NCBI GenBank assembly: GCA_949300515.1
Contig: CASGEP010000001.1
Location: 6,740-70,739, forward strand
Length of the DNA: 64,000 nucleotides
Origin: an uncultured bacterium
GTDB taxonomy: Bacteria > Cyanobacteriota > Vampirovibrionia > Gastranaerophilales > Gastranaerophilaceae
Direction of reading: 5' to 3'
In this document: one piece after another, positions 7,265 to 17,510 of the stretch
How positions within the stretch are numbered: position 1 is the stretch's first letter
Layout of the letters: each line of letters begins with the position of its first letter
The notes under the pieces: generated by a model
What the model saw: only the letters and a program-made list of their open reading frames with translations
Databases searched by the model: none
Told to the model about the DNA's origin: nothing
Made by a program: the position numbers and the translations under genes

Positions 7265-8350
7265 ATGATACAACCGCAGTATTTTCAACAGGCATATCCC
7301 CAAACGCCTTCGGCAGTAAGCATTAATATCTACGAGCCTAAAAGCTATGCTTCTGCTCCAAATCAAGTACCTTACGGTTATACAAACGAGCTTTATTCAA
7401 TGCCCCAAAATTCTCTCTGGGCAGCACAACCTCAAGGATATGTACAATCTCCTCAGTACCAGCCAATGTACTACCCTATGCAGGGACAAATGCCCTACCA
7501 GCCCGCACAGGTAATAAATCAACAGCCGCAGGCATATTTCCCGCAGCAAACAGGCGTACAGGCTCCCATTCCGCAAGTACAGATTGCCCCCGTTGCACAA
7601 CAGCAAATGCCCCCGAGTGCAATCGAACAACCTCAAACCGTTGAAGCACAACAAACAAGTATGCCTTCTGTTGAACAACCCGCGGATGCACCGAAAGTTG
7701 ATACCGATACACTGATTGCCGACTTAAGAAGCCCCAACTTTACATCTCAAAAGGAAGCAATTACATCAATAGCTAACTTCACGGTTGCTTCCCCCGAACT
7801 GGCGCTTCAAGTTGCAACCGACCCCGTAAAACAGGCACTGGTTGACGTAATTAAATCAGACACAAGCAAACTTCCGGATTTAGCGGCTGAAAAAAGCGCT
7901 ATAGAAGAAAAACAACAAAAAGGCGAAAAACTTACCCCCGAAGAAGAAGCAACACTTCAAAAAACATCTCCGAAAATAGAAGCCGAAACAAATAAAGCAT
8001 TTGCAATGTTTTCATTAGCAATGGTACAAAAAATATCAAGAGATAATATCGCACAGTATGCGGAAAATCAAACCAAAAACGGCAATCCCGCACCGGCACA
8101 GCCTAATTTAAAAGACTTAATCGGTTATAACGAATTGTTAAACGTTCTTCAAAACGAACCTAACGCAGAATTGAAGATTGCCGCAATTCAAGCTATCCAA
8201 TACATGGCAAGACCGGAAGAAAACGCTCAGGTAGAAGAAATTTTAACTCCCCTGACAAACGATTCCGACCCGACGGTAAGCAAATTTGCAAAAGAAGCTA
8301 TTGCAAAACTCGGTCAGGCTCCTGCTCAAGAGAACACAAACGCAGCTTAA
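7265..8350 (+). CDS. Q/P-rich low-complexity protein with C-terminal HEAT-like repeats
   Basis: AAAGGAGA SD. The N-terminal ~140 aa are Q/P/Y-rich. The C-terminus carries HEAT-like units (EPNAELKIAAIQAIQYM, DSDPTVSKFAKEAIAKLG). Paralog of 5908-6666. Confidence 0.7.
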   Translation: MIQPQYFQQAYPQTPSAVSINIYEPKSYASAPNQVPYGYTNELYSMPQNSLWAAQPQGYVQSPQYQPMYYPMQGQMPYQPAQVINQQPQAYFPQQTGVQAPIPQVQIAPVAQQQMPPSAIEQPQTVEAQQTSMPSVEQPADAPKVDTDTLIADLRSPNFTSQKEAITSIANFTVASPELALQVATDPVKQALVDVIKSDTSKLPDLAAEKSAIEEKQQKGEKLTPEEEATLQKTSPKIEAETNKAFAMFSLAMVQKISRDNIAQYAENQTKNGNPAPAQPNLKDLIGYNELLNVLQNEPNAELKIAAIQAIQYMARPEENAQVEEILTPLTNDSDPTVSKFAKEAIAKLGQAPAQENTNAA

Positions 8351-8388
8351 TAAACAAGCTTAATACTAATATATTTATAAAATTAACA

Positions 8389-8415
8389 CCCCCGCAGTAA
8401 CTGCTCGGGGGTTTT
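8389..8415 (+). terminator. rho-independent terminator
   Basis: CCCCCGCAG-taa-CTGCtcGGGGG followed by TTTT, 39 nt after the stop at 8350. Confidence 0.7.
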
Positions 8416-8473
8416 CATTATTAATAATTATTAATATTTTGAATTTTTTGCCGCTGTATTGTTTAATTGTAGT

Positions 8474-8788
8474 ATGGGAAATATAAAGAAATTTAGCGCC
8501 AATAACAACAAAAAAGTCGCTCAGCTTAAAACTTATCTCGGTTTTGAGTATATAAAGCTGAAAAAAGACGTTAACGGGCTGGAGTTTAATATAGATCATC
8601 TTTTGGAATATCCGAAAGGCATACGCTACAACATTTGCGTTGCAAGGAAAGTCGAAGATAAAACTTTTGTTTATAACTATTTTGTTGAGGGAGCAAAATT
8701 AAATTTATTTTTTGATGCATATTTTAATGGTAAAATTGAAGGCGATATTATAGACATAGACAAATTGAAGCCGGAAAATCTCGCATGA
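8474..8788 (+). CDS. hypothetical small protein
   Basis: ORF whose stop overlaps the radical SAM start (ATGA at 8785). The ATG at 8474 is preferred over the TTG at 8459. No family recognised. Confidence 0.4.
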   Translation: MGNIKKFSANNNKKVAQLKTYLGFEYIKLKKDVNGLEFNIDHLLEYPKGIRYNICVARKVEDKTFVYNYFVEGAKLNLFFDAYFNGKIEGDIIDIDKLKPENLA

Positions 8789-10563
8789 ATTCTGAGACTT
8801 TTTTAAATGAATACAGAAATATTTTACATGCTTGCGAAAGACCCTCCCGCTACATCGGGGATGAGTTTTTAAGTGCAAACAAAGACTTTACGTGCGCATC
8901 CGCCCGCATAGCTTTTGTTTTCCCTGACAAATACGAAATAGGGATAAGCAATTTCGGGCATAAAATCTTATATCATATAGTTAACTCACACCCTGACTAT
9001 ATGGCAGACAGAGCATATGCGCCCGATAAAGACTTTCTTGAATTATTGAATAAAAACAATAAAACACTATATGCGCTCGAGTCAAAAGAGCCGCTCAACA
9101 AGTTTGATTTTCTCGGCTTTGCGCTGCAATATGAAATGGCATACACAACGCTTTTAAAACTTTTGGAATGTTCCGAAATCGAAGTGCAATCTAAAGACAG
9201 AGCCGAAAATGCACCGATTATTATGGCAGGCGGACCCTGCGCCTACAATCCCGCTCCGCTTGAAGATTTTATTGATTTATTTATAATAGGCGACGGCGAA
9301 GAGGTAATAATAGAGATTTTAGACCTGTACGGCAAAATAAAAGAGCTCGACAGAAACGAAAAATTAAAACGCTTAAGCGAAATTAAAGGGGTATATTGCC
9401 CTAAATTTCCAAAGAAAACCCAAAAAAGGATATTTATACCCGATAAAAAATCCCACCCGAGCGCATCGCCCGTATCGCACTTTGTAAGTGTCCATGACAG
9501 GGCAACGGTAGAAATAAGACGCGGCTGCGGCAGGCTTTGCAGATTTTGCCAGAGCGCGCACACCAATTTGCCCGTAAGAGAGCGCCGTGCGGAGGATATT
9601 ATTTCTCTTTCCTGTGATTATATAAAAAATACCGGCTATGACGAATACTCGCTTCTGTCGCTCTCATCAAATGACCATACACACATAGAAGAGATTATCG
9701 AAAAGTTAAACGAGCACTTTAAAGGTACCGGTGTAAATGTTTCCCTGCCAAGCCAGAGGGCGGATAAGTTTTCGCTAAAGCTTGCGGGACTTATGCAGCA
9801 GGAAAAGAAAAGCACGGTTACTCTGGCGCCTGAGGCGGGAAGCCAAAGGATGAGAGATATTATCAATAAGAATTTATCGGAAGAGCAGATTTTAAATGCC
9901 GTTTTATCTTGTGTCAGAAGCGGATGGGATAAAATAAAATTTTACTTTATAATAGGACTCCCTTTTGAAGAAGATGAGGACGTAACAGCCATCGCAGAGT
10001 TGATTAAAAAAATTAATTCCAAATGCAGGGAAGAAAAACTGCGCATTCCGCTCATCACATGCTCAATATCGGTTTTTGTTCCAAAGCCGCACACCCCTTT
10101 TGGCTGGCATGGTCAAAACAGTGTTTTGGAAATTGAGCGCAAAAAAGCCCTCCTGCTGTCAAAGAAGCCCGAAATTAAAAACGCACGTTTAAATTTTCAC
10201 CATGCGGAAGTTTCAAGACTTGAAGCTTATTTGACCCGTGCGGGCAAAACCGCGGGAAAATTTATTTACGAACTGTATAAAAATGGCTCCTATCTTGATT
10301 CCTGGGAAGAAAATATTGATTTTGATATGTACTATAAAACAGCGGCAAAACTGGGTATAGATATCCAAAAAGAAGCATCTTCCACACTTAATCCCGAAAA
10401 TACTGCTCCCTGGGAGATAATTGACACGGGAATAAATAAACGGTGGCTGATAAATGAGTACGAGCGCGCAAAACAAGCTAAAACAACAATCCCTTGCGAA
10501 AGCAAATGTTCCAACTGCGGTGTATGCAGCAACTTTAAAGTAAGTAAAATCCTTGATAAATAA
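8785..10563 (+). CDS. B12-binding-domain radical SAM protein (TIGR03960-like)
   Basis: N-terminal RPSRYIGDEF signature and radical SAM CxxxCxxC motif (RRGCGRLCRFCQS). The ~590-aa length is typical of the family. Confidence 0.8.
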   Translation: MNSETFLNEYRNILHACERPSRYIGDEFLSANKDFTCASARIAFVFPDKYEIGISNFGHKILYHIVNSHPDYMADRAYAPDKDFLELLNKNNKTLYALESKEPLNKFDFLGFALQYEMAYTTLLKLLECSEIEVQSKDRAENAPIIMAGGPCAYNPAPLEDFIDLFIIGDGEEVIIEILDLYGKIKELDRNEKLKRLSEIKGVYCPKFPKKTQKRIFIPDKKSHPSASPVSHFVSVHDRATVEIRRGCGRLCRFCQSAHTNLPVRERRAEDIISLSCDYIKNTGYDEYSLLSLSSNDHTHIEEIIEKLNEHFKGTGVNVSLPSQRADKFSLKLAGLMQQEKKSTVTLAPEAGSQRMRDIINKNLSEEQILNAVLSCVRSGWDKIKFYFIIGLPFEEDEDVTAIAELIKKINSKCREEKLRIPLITCSISVFVPKPHTPFGWHGQNSVLEIERKKALLLSKKPEIKNARLNFHHAEVSRLEAYLTRAGKTAGKFIYELYKNGSYLDSWEENIDFDMYYKTAAKLGIDIQKEASSTLNPENTAPWEIIDTGINKRWLINEYERAKQAKTTIPCESKCSNCGVCSNFKVSKILDK

Positions 10564-10923
10564 CTATTTGGAGAGCTTTTCCACGCAAGATAAAAAATTC
10601 ATTATATCAATCGGTTTTGTAATGTAATCCTCGCAGCCCAGAGCTTTTGCGTTTTGTTTGTCTTTATCCATGGCAAAAGCTGATACCACAAGCGTTTTTG
10701 GGCGGCTGATGTTTTCATCTTTAATTTTTCTCAATAGCGACAAACCGTCCAGCTTTGGCAGCTGAATATCAAGCACCATAACATCAAAAACATCACTTTT
10801 AAGCTTCTCATATGCCTCAACCCCGTCGACAGCCTTTGTAACAGAGTAATTTTTAAACTCTAAAATGTCGCAAAAAAGCTTCATGTTAACTTCGTTATCT
10901 TCAACAATCAAAACTTTTGTCAT
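10564..10923 (-). CDS. single-domain response regulator (REC only)
   Basis: CheY-like receiver (KVLIVEDNEVN, VMVLDIQLPKLDG, conserved K in ITKP). No output domain. The start overlaps the kinase stop. Confidence 0.88.
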   Translation of the reverse strand: MTKVLIVEDNEVNMKLFCDILEFKNYSVTKAVDGVEAYEKLKSDVFDVMVLDIQLPKLDGLSLLRKIKDENISRPKTLVVSAFAMDKDKQNAKALGCEDYITKPIDIMNFLSCVEKLSK

Positions 10924-12131
10924 ACTACGGCACCCCTGAGTTGAACCCTAAAAGTTGAGCCTTTGTTTACCGTGCTCTCAAGGGTAATTTTGCCCTTGTG
11001 AAGTTTTACAAGTTCTTTTGTAATCGTAAGACCAAGACCTGTCGAGCTTTGACCCTTTACATAAAGGTTATTTAAATGAACAAACTTTGTAAAAATCTTA
11101 TTATGATACTTTTTATCTATACCGACACCCGTATCTTTGACTTCAAGGATAAAGTCTTTGCCGTCCTCATATATTTTAATAAAAATTTTGCCGCCGTCGG
11201 GCGTGAATTTAATGGCATTACTTAACAAATTAAACAAAATCTGCTGCAGCTTCTGGTAATCAGCCATAATATTTTTTTTACAGTTATTTTCAAAATTTAC
11301 TTCAATATTTTTTTGTTCCGACAGGGGCGAGAGTATGTTTATGGCTTCCTGTATAACAACATCGGGCGATAACTCACCGAGAGAAATTTTCATAGCCTTA
11401 GATTCAATTTTTGACAGGTCTAAAATTTCGTTTATCATACCCAGAAGGTGCAGCCCTGAAATATGGATGTCTTTAACGTATTCTTCCTGTTTTTCGTTTA
11501 AATCACCGAATATTTTATAACACAGCGCCTGAGAAAAGCCGATTATGGCGTTTAGCGGAGTCCTCAGCTCGTGCGATATATTTGCCAGAAATGCTGTTTT
11601 GGTCTTATCAAGCTCTAGCAGTTTTTTATGCTGCTTTTCTATTGTTTCATATGCGCTGTTTTTTTCCTCAATTGCGTTTTGCATAGCCTTAAGCTGCATT
11701 TTAAAGACATCATTAAGCTCATAATCTTTAATTAAATACGCAACCACACTGACAAGAGCTTCAAACGCACAAACTTCATCCTCGCTAAACCGCCCGTCGC
11801 GCACCGCGGCCACGAAACCAAAGAGCGAGTTTCTGATGAGCAGCTTGGTACATAGAACACAGCAGTTATTATCGTACACTTTAGAGTTGGTACACTGAGC
11901 ATGAATCAGCTCAAAAAACTTTTCGTCCAATACATTATACTTATCATCACGCGAAATCGAACCTTTGCACTCAAAACTCTCGGAATCGATAAAATATATT
12001 CCATAGTATTTTGCATCAATTACGCCGGATATACTTTCCAAAACATCCTTATAAAAGCTTGTGCCTGATGCACTTTTTGAATTTATCAGTTTCGTAATAA
12101 GATTAAAAGTATCGGTAACTTTAGCGTTCAT
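10920..12131 (-). CDS. soluble sensor histidine kinase (GAF-like N-terminus, HisKA, HATPase_c)
   Basis: H-box SHELRTPLNAIIGFSQ, N-box LLSNAIKFT and G-boxes DTGVGI/GLGLTI are present. There are no TM segments. The start was set to the ATG at 12131 to avoid overlap with the upstream gene. Confidence 0.88.
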   Translation of the reverse strand: MNAKVTDTFNLITKLINSKSASGTSFYKDVLESISGVIDAKYYGIYFIDSESFECKGSISRDDKYNVLDEKFFELIHAQCTNSKVYDNNCCVLCTKLLIRNSLFGFVAAVRDGRFSEDEVCAFEALVSVVAYLIKDYELNDVFKMQLKAMQNAIEEKNSAYETIEKQHKKLLELDKTKTAFLANISHELRTPLNAIIGFSQALCYKIFGDLNEKQEEYVKDIHISGLHLLGMINEILDLSKIESKAMKISLGELSPDVVIQEAINILSPLSEQKNIEVNFENNCKKNIMADYQKLQQILFNLLSNAIKFTPDGGKIFIKIYEDGKDFILEVKDTGVGIDKKYHNKIFTKFVHLNNLYVKGQSSTGLGLTITKELVKLHKGKITLESTVNKGSTFRVQLRGAVV

Positions 12132-12171
12132 TGAACAATTATAAAGCTTTTTAAAAAATAATGCAATGCGC

Positions 12172-12678
12172 TTAAGGCATATTAAGCCTGTAGCCGCCTT
12201 TAGTTGCATTTTGCAGTATGTCTTCGTTTATTTTTGCTCTGAGATTTTTAATGTATTTATATACATAATCTGTCGGAAGCTCAAGGACTTTTGCAAGGTC
12301 TTTAGCATAGACAATCTCATTTTTATTTTCTACAAAATGCTCAAGCACTGCTTTTTCTCTTGAAGTAAGAGATTTTTTAAATGTAATGTTTAATGTCGAG
12401 AAAAGATCCTTTGATTTGTCAGCTTTTTTAAGGGTTTTTTGCTGCATATCAACAGACTTAGATGCAATTTTTAATATATTTTCTTTTGGTTTTGCACTCT
12501 TTATTTGAGAAACAGATGCAGCCATTTTTTCATTTTTTAAAACTATATCTACGATATCACGTGTCTGTTTTTCTTCTTTTAAGGTCTTACCTAATCTTTT
12601 TGCAAACTCCTCCAGAGTAATTTTTTCAAGAGAACTTCTCCATTGTTTTATCTCTTCTTTACTTAAATATTCACTCAT
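12172..12678 (-). CDS. winged-helix (OmpR/PhoB-type C-terminal) DNA-binding protein lacking a receiver domain
   Basis: The C-terminus LTSREKAVLEHFVENKNEIVYAKDLAKVL...YIKNLRAKI...GGYRL fits the Trans_reg_C pattern. The N-terminal ~100 aa are not REC-like. Confidence 0.65.
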   Translation of the reverse strand: MSEYLSKEEIKQWRSSLEKITLEEFAKRLGKTLKEEKQTRDIVDIVLKNEKMAASVSQIKSAKPKENILKIASKSVDMQQKTLKKADKSKDLFSTLNITFKKSLTSREKAVLEHFVENKNEIVYAKDLAKVLELPTDYVYKYIKNLRAKINEDILQNATKGGYRLNMP

Positions 12679-12810
12679 TAACTATTCCTCTTTATGTGCG
12701 AAGTATTCCGTTCATTTTAGTTATAGCACACATCAGCACAAAAAATCCGCAAATATTTCATAAAGTAAATTTTTATTTATTTATTTAATAATTAACAAAA
12801 AAGTCTTGAC

Positions 12811-12842
12811 AATAAAAATTAAGCCTTGCAATTGCAAGGCTT
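12811..12842 (-). terminator. rho-independent terminator after fba
   Basis: Perfect 22-bp palindrome AAGCCTTGCAATTGCAAGGCTT (12821-12842), followed on the minus strand by AATTTTTATT. Confidence 0.65.
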
Positions 12843-12866
12843 AACGGAAATTATATAAAGAGCATA

Positions 12867-13826
12867 TTAGTCATCAGCGTGTCCGGCTGTACCCAATACA
12901 TCTTTCATTTTGTGTATTACCATTTCTTTAACTGCAGTTCTTCCGGGTCCCATATATTCTCTCGGGTCGAATTTTTCAGGGTGTTCAATGAAAAATTCAC
13001 GGATAGTAGATGTCATTGCAAGTCTTAAGTCGGTATCAATATTGATTTTTGCAACGCCGTTCTTTGAAGCAAATGCAAGCATATCTTCGGGAACGCCTTG
13101 TGCATCCGGTAATTTACCGCCGTATTTGTTGCATTTGTCAACAAAAGCTTTCGGAACTGACGATGAACCGTGCAGTACAAGCGGATAATCAAAACCGACA
13201 ACATCGTTAACGGCTTTTTTGATTTCAGCAAGTCTGTCAAAATCAAGTTTTGCTTCGCCTTTGAATTTGTATGCGCCGTGAGATGTACCGATTGCAACAG
13301 CCAGAGAATCGCAGCCTGTTTCTTTTACAAATCTTGCCGCTTCTTCAGGGTCAGTGTAAGTTGAATCTTTTGCATGAACTTTAACATCATCTTCCACACC
13401 AGCTAATTTACCCAGTTCGGCTTCTACCGAAACGCCTCTTGCATGGGCATATTCAACAACCTGTTTTGTAAGAGCAATATTTTCTTCAAGAGGAAATCTG
13501 CTTCCGTCAATCATTACAGATGAAAATCCGCCGTCTATGCAAGATTTGCAGATATCAAAATCTGCGCCGTGGTCTAAGTGAAGCGCGATTGGAACCGTAG
13601 TTGTTGCAAGAGCAGCTTCAACTAGTTTAATTAAGTATGTTTGATTTGCATATTTTCTTGCACCTGCAGAAACCTGTAAAATAATCGGAGAACGAGTTTC
13701 TTCCGCAGCTTCCGCTATACCTTGCAAAATTTCCATGTTGTTAACATTGTAAGCACCGATTGCATATTTTCCAGCAAGTGCTTTTTTGAACATTTCACCT
13801 GTTCCAACGAGTTTTCTTTCAGTCAT
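12867..13826 (-). CDS. fba: class II fructose-1,6-bisphosphate aldolase
   Basis: Family motifs are present (YAIGAYNVNN, LHLDHG, VLHGSSSVP). Confidence 0.93.
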   Translation of the reverse strand: MTERKLVGTGEMFKKALAGKYAIGAYNVNNMEILQGIAEAAEETRSPIILQVSAGARKYANQTYLIKLVEAALATTTVPIALHLDHGADFDICKSCIDGGFSSVMIDGSRFPLEENIALTKQVVEYAHARGVSVEAELGKLAGVEDDVKVHAKDSTYTDPEEAARFVKETGCDSLAVAIGTSHGAYKFKGEAKLDFDRLAEIKKAVNDVVGFDYPLVLHGSSSVPKAFVDKCNKYGGKLPDAQGVPEDMLAFASKNGVAKINIDTDLRLAMTSTIREFFIEHPEKFDPREYMGPGRTAVKEMVIHKMKDVLGTAGHADD

Positions 13827-13989
13827 AAAATATTCCTCATTAATGTACCGTATACGCGACTAATATATTACAAAATTAAAATGATTACAAGTATCGGCAA
13901 AATATTTAAAATGTCACTATATATTATTTACATGCACTTAAAAAAACTGTATAATTTTAATGTACAGTTTAATTGGAGTGTATTTTTTA

Positions 13990-14424
13990 ATGGGAAGTTT
14001 AAAAATTGCAATAGGCTGTGACCATGGCGGTTTTCATCTGAAAGAAAAAATTCTTGAGTATTTGGATGTGAATAAATTTGAATACAAAGACTTTGGTATC
14101 TACACTCTTGAGCAAAGCGACTACCCGATTGTCGCAAAGCAAGTTGCAAACGAAGTTGCGGCAGGGAATTTTGACAGAGGAATTCTTGTCTGCGGTACGG
14201 GTTTAGGCATGTCAATCGCCGCAAATAAAGTAAAAGGAATAAGAGCGGTTTGCCTTGAAAATACATACTCGGCAAGGGTTTCACGTGCTCACAACAACGC
14301 AAACGTACTTTGTCTGGGTGAGCGTGTAATCGGTCAAAATTTAGCTCTCGATATTGTGGACGTCTGGCTTAAAACAGGCTTTGAAGGCGGTAGACACAAA
14401 CGCAGAATTGATATGATTGAATGA
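13990..14424 (+). CDS. rpiB: ribose-5-phosphate isomerase B
   Basis: KIAIGCDHGG and CGTGLGMSIAANK motifs. The ATG at 13990 follows a TTGGAGTG SD. Confidence 0.9.
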   Translation: MGSLKIAIGCDHGGFHLKEKILEYLDVNKFEYKDFGIYTLEQSDYPIVAKQVANEVAAGNFDRGILVCGTGLGMSIAANKVKGIRAVCLENTYSARVSRAHNNANVLCLGERVIGQNLALDIVDVWLKTGFEGGRHKRRIDMIE

Positions 14425-14504
14425 TTTAGAAAGTATTTGAATATTAATATTTTTGATGTAGCATAGAAGTATAGAATTAGTTAATATTTAGGAAGTTTAT
14501 AACA

Positions 14505-16958
14505 ATGTTTGAAAGATTTACCGAAAAAGCAATAAGGGTTATAATGCTTGCACAAGAGGAAGCAAGACGATTAGGGCATAATTTCGTCGGTACTGAGCAG
14601 GTGCTTTTGGGTCTTATTGGCGAAGGCACGGGAATTGCAGCCAAGACCTTAAAATCAATGGGTGTTACGATAAAGGATGCCCGCGCTCAGGTTGAAAAAA
14701 TTATAGGTCGCGGAAGCGGCTTTGTTGCGGTTGAAATCCCTTTTACCCCGCGCGCCAAAAAGGTACTTGAACTCTCCTGGGATGAGGCAAGACAGCTTGG
14801 ACACAACTACATCGGCACGGAACATTTGCTTTTGGGTCTTATTCGCGAAGGCGAAGGCGTAGCGGCAAAGGTGCTTGAAAACTTGGGAGTAGACCTGAAC
14901 AAGTGCAGAAGCAACGTAATTAAACTTTTGGGCGAAACCAAATCGAGCTCGTCGGGAAGCCAGACCGCAACACCCGGTGCTTCTCAAAGTAAAGCAAAAA
15001 CACCCAGCCTTGACGAATTCGGTACAGACTTAACCCTTGCCGCACAGGAAATGCGCCTTGACCCTGTTGTAGGGCGTGAAAAAGAAATAGAGCGCGTAAT
15101 TCAGATACTTGCCAGACGTACAAAAAACAACCCGATTTTAATAGGTGAACCCGGTGTAGGTAAGACTGCAATTGCCCAGGGCTTAGCTCAGCGAATTGTA
15201 GATTGCGAAGTGCCTGATATTCTGGAATACAAAAAGATAATCCAGCTTGATATGGGTCTTTTGGTTGCAGGCACAAAATACCGCGGCGAGTTTGAAGAAC
15301 GCCTTAAAAAGATTATGGATGAAATTCGTCAGGCAGGAAATATAATTCTTGTAATCGATGAAATGCATACTCTAATCGGCGCAGGCGCAGCAGAAGGGGC
15401 AATTGATGCGGCAAACATCTTAAAACCCGCACTCTCACGCGGCGAAATTCAGGTTATAGGCGCAACAACGCTTGATGAATACAGAAAACACATCGAAAAA
15501 GACTCGGCTCTTGAGCGCCGTTTTCAGCCTGTAATTGTCGAGCAGCCCTCTGTTGAAGAAACAATTGAAATCATCAAAGGTTTGAAACCGAAATACGAAG
15601 AACACCACAAACTTCACATTTCGGATGAAGCAATTGTGGCTGCAACGGAACTGTCAAGCAAATTCATAACCGAGCGCTTCTTACCCGATAAAGCTATCGA
15701 TATTATTGACGAAGCAAGTTCAAAAGTCCGCCTGAATGTTTCCGCACTTCCTCCCGAAGGCAGAGAGCTTGAAAAAGAGCTGAAAGCCATAATTAAGGAA
15801 AAAGAAGAAGCAATCAGAAATCAGGAATTTGAAAAAGCCTCGGATTTGCGCGACGATGAGGCAAATCTAAAAGACAGAATAAGAGAAATACAAGACAAAT
15901 GGCGTAACGAACAGGATGAAAACAAACCTACGGTTGGCGTTGAAGAAGTTGCTCAGGTAATATCCACAATCACGGGTATCCCCGTTACAAAAATTACCGA
16001 AGGCGAATCACAAAGGCTTCTCAAGCTTGAAGATACTCTGCATGCGCGCGTTATCGGTCAAAACGAAGCCGTTGTTTCAATAGCAAAAGCAATCCGCCGT
16101 GCACGTGTCGGTCTTAAAAGTCCCAACCGCCCGATAGGAAGCTTCATTTTCTCAGGTCCCACGGGTGTCGGTAAAACAGAGCTTGCAAAAGCTCTTGCAG
16201 AAGCTGTTTTTGGCTCCGAGGACAATATGGTCAGAATTGATATGTCTGAATTTATGGAAAAACACACCACTGCAAAACTTATCGGTTCGCCACCGGGCTA
16301 TGTCGGTTACGACGACGGCGGTCATATGACAGAGATTATCAGGAAAAAACCATACTCGGTCGTGCTTTTTGATGAAATTGAAAAGGCTCACCCCGATGTC
16401 TTTAACATAATGCTTCAAATACTTGATGACGGACGCCTTACGGACTCAAAAGGACGCCACGTCAGCTTTAAAAATACAATTATCATTATGACATCAAACG
16501 TCGGTGCCCATATGATTCAAAACACGTCAAGACTCGGTTTTTCCGTTTCAAACGACGAAAAGAAAGACAAATACGAAAAACTCAAAGAAACTGTTATGGA
16601 AGAACTTAAAAAGGCATTTCGCCCCGAGTTCTTAAACAGGATTGACGACATCATCGTATTTGCTCATCTGAACAAAGAAGAAATCAGAGAAATTGTTGAC
16701 CTGATGTTAAATGATTTGTTTAAGCGCTTAAATGAAAGACAACTTACAATTGAAGTAACGGATGCCGCAAAAGACTACCTTGCAAAAGAAGGCTACTCGG
16801 AAGTTTACGGCGCCCGTCCGCTAAGGCGCGTTATCCAGAAGAAAGTAGAAGATGTTCTGGCTGAGGAAATTTTAACAGGAAACTATCAGCCAAACGACGA
16901 ACTTGTTATGGATTTGCGCGACGATCAGATTGTAATTGAAAAAAAAGTTAAAGCATAG
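14505..16958 (+). CDS. clpC: ATP-dependent Clp protease ATP-binding subunit ClpC
   Basis: Two Clp_N repeats, Walker A motifs GEPGVGKT and GPTGVGKT, and a UVR-like linker ([13 protein letters not shown]). 817 aa. Confidence 0.95.
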   Translation: MFERFTEKAIRVIMLAQEEARRLGHNFVGTEQVLLGLIGEGTGIAAKTLKSMGVTIKDARAQVEKIIGRGSGFVAVEIPFTPRAKKVLELSWDEARQLGHNYIGTEHLLLGLIREGEGVAAKVLENLGVDLNKCRSNVIKLLGETKSSSSGSQTATPGASQSKAKTPSLDEFGTDLTLAAQEMRLDPVVGREKEIERVIQILARRTKNNPILIGEPGVGKTAIAQGLAQRIVDCEVPDILEYKKIIQLDMGLLVAGTKYRGEFEERLKKIMDEIRQAGNIILVIDEMHTLIGAGAAEGAIDAANILKPALSRGEIQVIGATTLDEYRKHIEKDSALERRFQPVIVEQPSVEETIEIIKGLKPKYEEHHKLHISDEAIVAATELSSKFITERFLPDKAIDIIDEASSKVRLNVSALPPEGRELEKELKAIIKEKEEAIRNQEFEKASDLRDDEANLKDRIREIQDKWRNEQDENKPTVGVEEVAQVISTITGIPVTKITEGESQRLLKLEDTLHARVIGQNEAVVSIAKAIRRARVGLKSPNRPIGSFIFSGPTGVGKTELAKALAEAVFGSEDNMVRIDMSEFMEKHTTAKLIGSPPGYVGYDDGGHMTEIIRKKPYSVVLFDEIEKAHPDVFNIMLQILDDGRLTDSKGRHVSFKNTIIIMTSNVGAHMIQNTSRLGFSVSNDEKKDKYEKLKETVMEELKKAFRPEFLNRIDDIIVFAHLNKEEIREIVDLMLNDLFKRLNERQLTIEVTDAAKDYLAKEGYSEVYGARPLRRVIQKKVEDVLAEEILTGNYQPNDELVMDLRDDQIVIEKKVKA

Positions 16959-16962
16959 AGAT

Positions 16963-16991
16963 ATCGCCCGTTCAGGCGGGCGATTTTTTTT
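16963..16991 (+). terminator. rho-independent terminator after clpC
   Basis: ATCGCCCG-ttcag-GCGGGCGAT followed by T8. Confidence 0.85.
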
Positions 16992-17000
16992 AACTTAAAT

Positions 17001-17028
17001 TTGCAAAACATTATTTAGTAAATATAAT
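17001..17028 (+). promoter_or_regulatory. sigma70-like promoter for tRNA-Ser(GGA)
   Basis: TTGCAA at 17001, a 16-nt spacer, then TATAAT at 17023. The tRNA starts at 17045. Confidence 0.55.
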
Positions 17029-17044
17029 ATTATTACCACCTTTT

Positions 17045-17131
17045 GGAGAGGTGTCCGAGTGGTTTAAGGTGCAAACCTGGAACGTTTGTGTGGGGGCAAC
17101 TCCACCGGGGGTTCGAATCCCCCCCTCTCCG
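17045..17131 (+). tRNA. tRNA-Ser(GGA): tRNA-Ser (anticodon GGA)
   Basis: Acceptor stem GGAGAGG/CCTCTCC, anticodon loop CTGGAAC, long variable arm and T-loop GGTTCGAATCC. Confidence 0.92.
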
Positions 17132-17202
17132 AATTTATATAGCCCTGATATGCAATGTTTTATTCTTCTTTATCATCTATTGTAGATATAAAGGAGGATT
17201 TT

Positions 17203-17508
17203 ATGTTTTATAATGTTTTAAAACTTGACGATATTGTTAACCCAAAAGAAGAAAAATTTAAAAGAGTAGCGCTTCTTGAAAACGACAACAGCTCATTTAG
17301 CATAGTCGGGCTAAAGAAAAATGAAATTATCGACACCCACACATCATCATGTGATGCTGCCGTATATGTGCTGGATGGTGAAATTGAGCTGCACTTCAGC
17401 GCACAAAAATTTCTGATGAACGAAGGCGATATTTTAATGTTCAAAAAAGACGATGAACATAAGGTTTTAGCCCTAAAAGACTCAAAATTCTTACTAGTTA
17501 AAATCTAA
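17203..17508 (+). CDS. cupin domain protein
   Basis: ~100 aa with a cupin-like core (HTSSCDAAVYVLDGEIELHF...GDILMFKKDDEHKV). AAGGAGGA SD before the ATG at 17203. Confidence 0.65.
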   Translation: MFYNVLKLDDIVNPKEEKFKRVALLENDNSSFSIVGLKKNEIIDTHTSSCDAAVYVLDGEIELHFSAQKFLMNEGDILMFKKDDEHKVLALKDSKFLLVKI

Positions 17509-17510
17509 TG

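Noticed and set aside
661-10573. Shared 13-mer AAATAACTATTTG at two stop-to-stop junctions (661-673 and 10558-10570)
   Set aside because: Coding explains it. Both plus-strand genes end in K-stop (AAA TAA) and both minus-strand genes end in S-K-stop (…AAA TAG). It is probably coincidence rather than a signal.
13928-14302. 124-aa minus-strand ORF
   Set aside because: It is antisense to rpiB, which has unambiguous family motifs.
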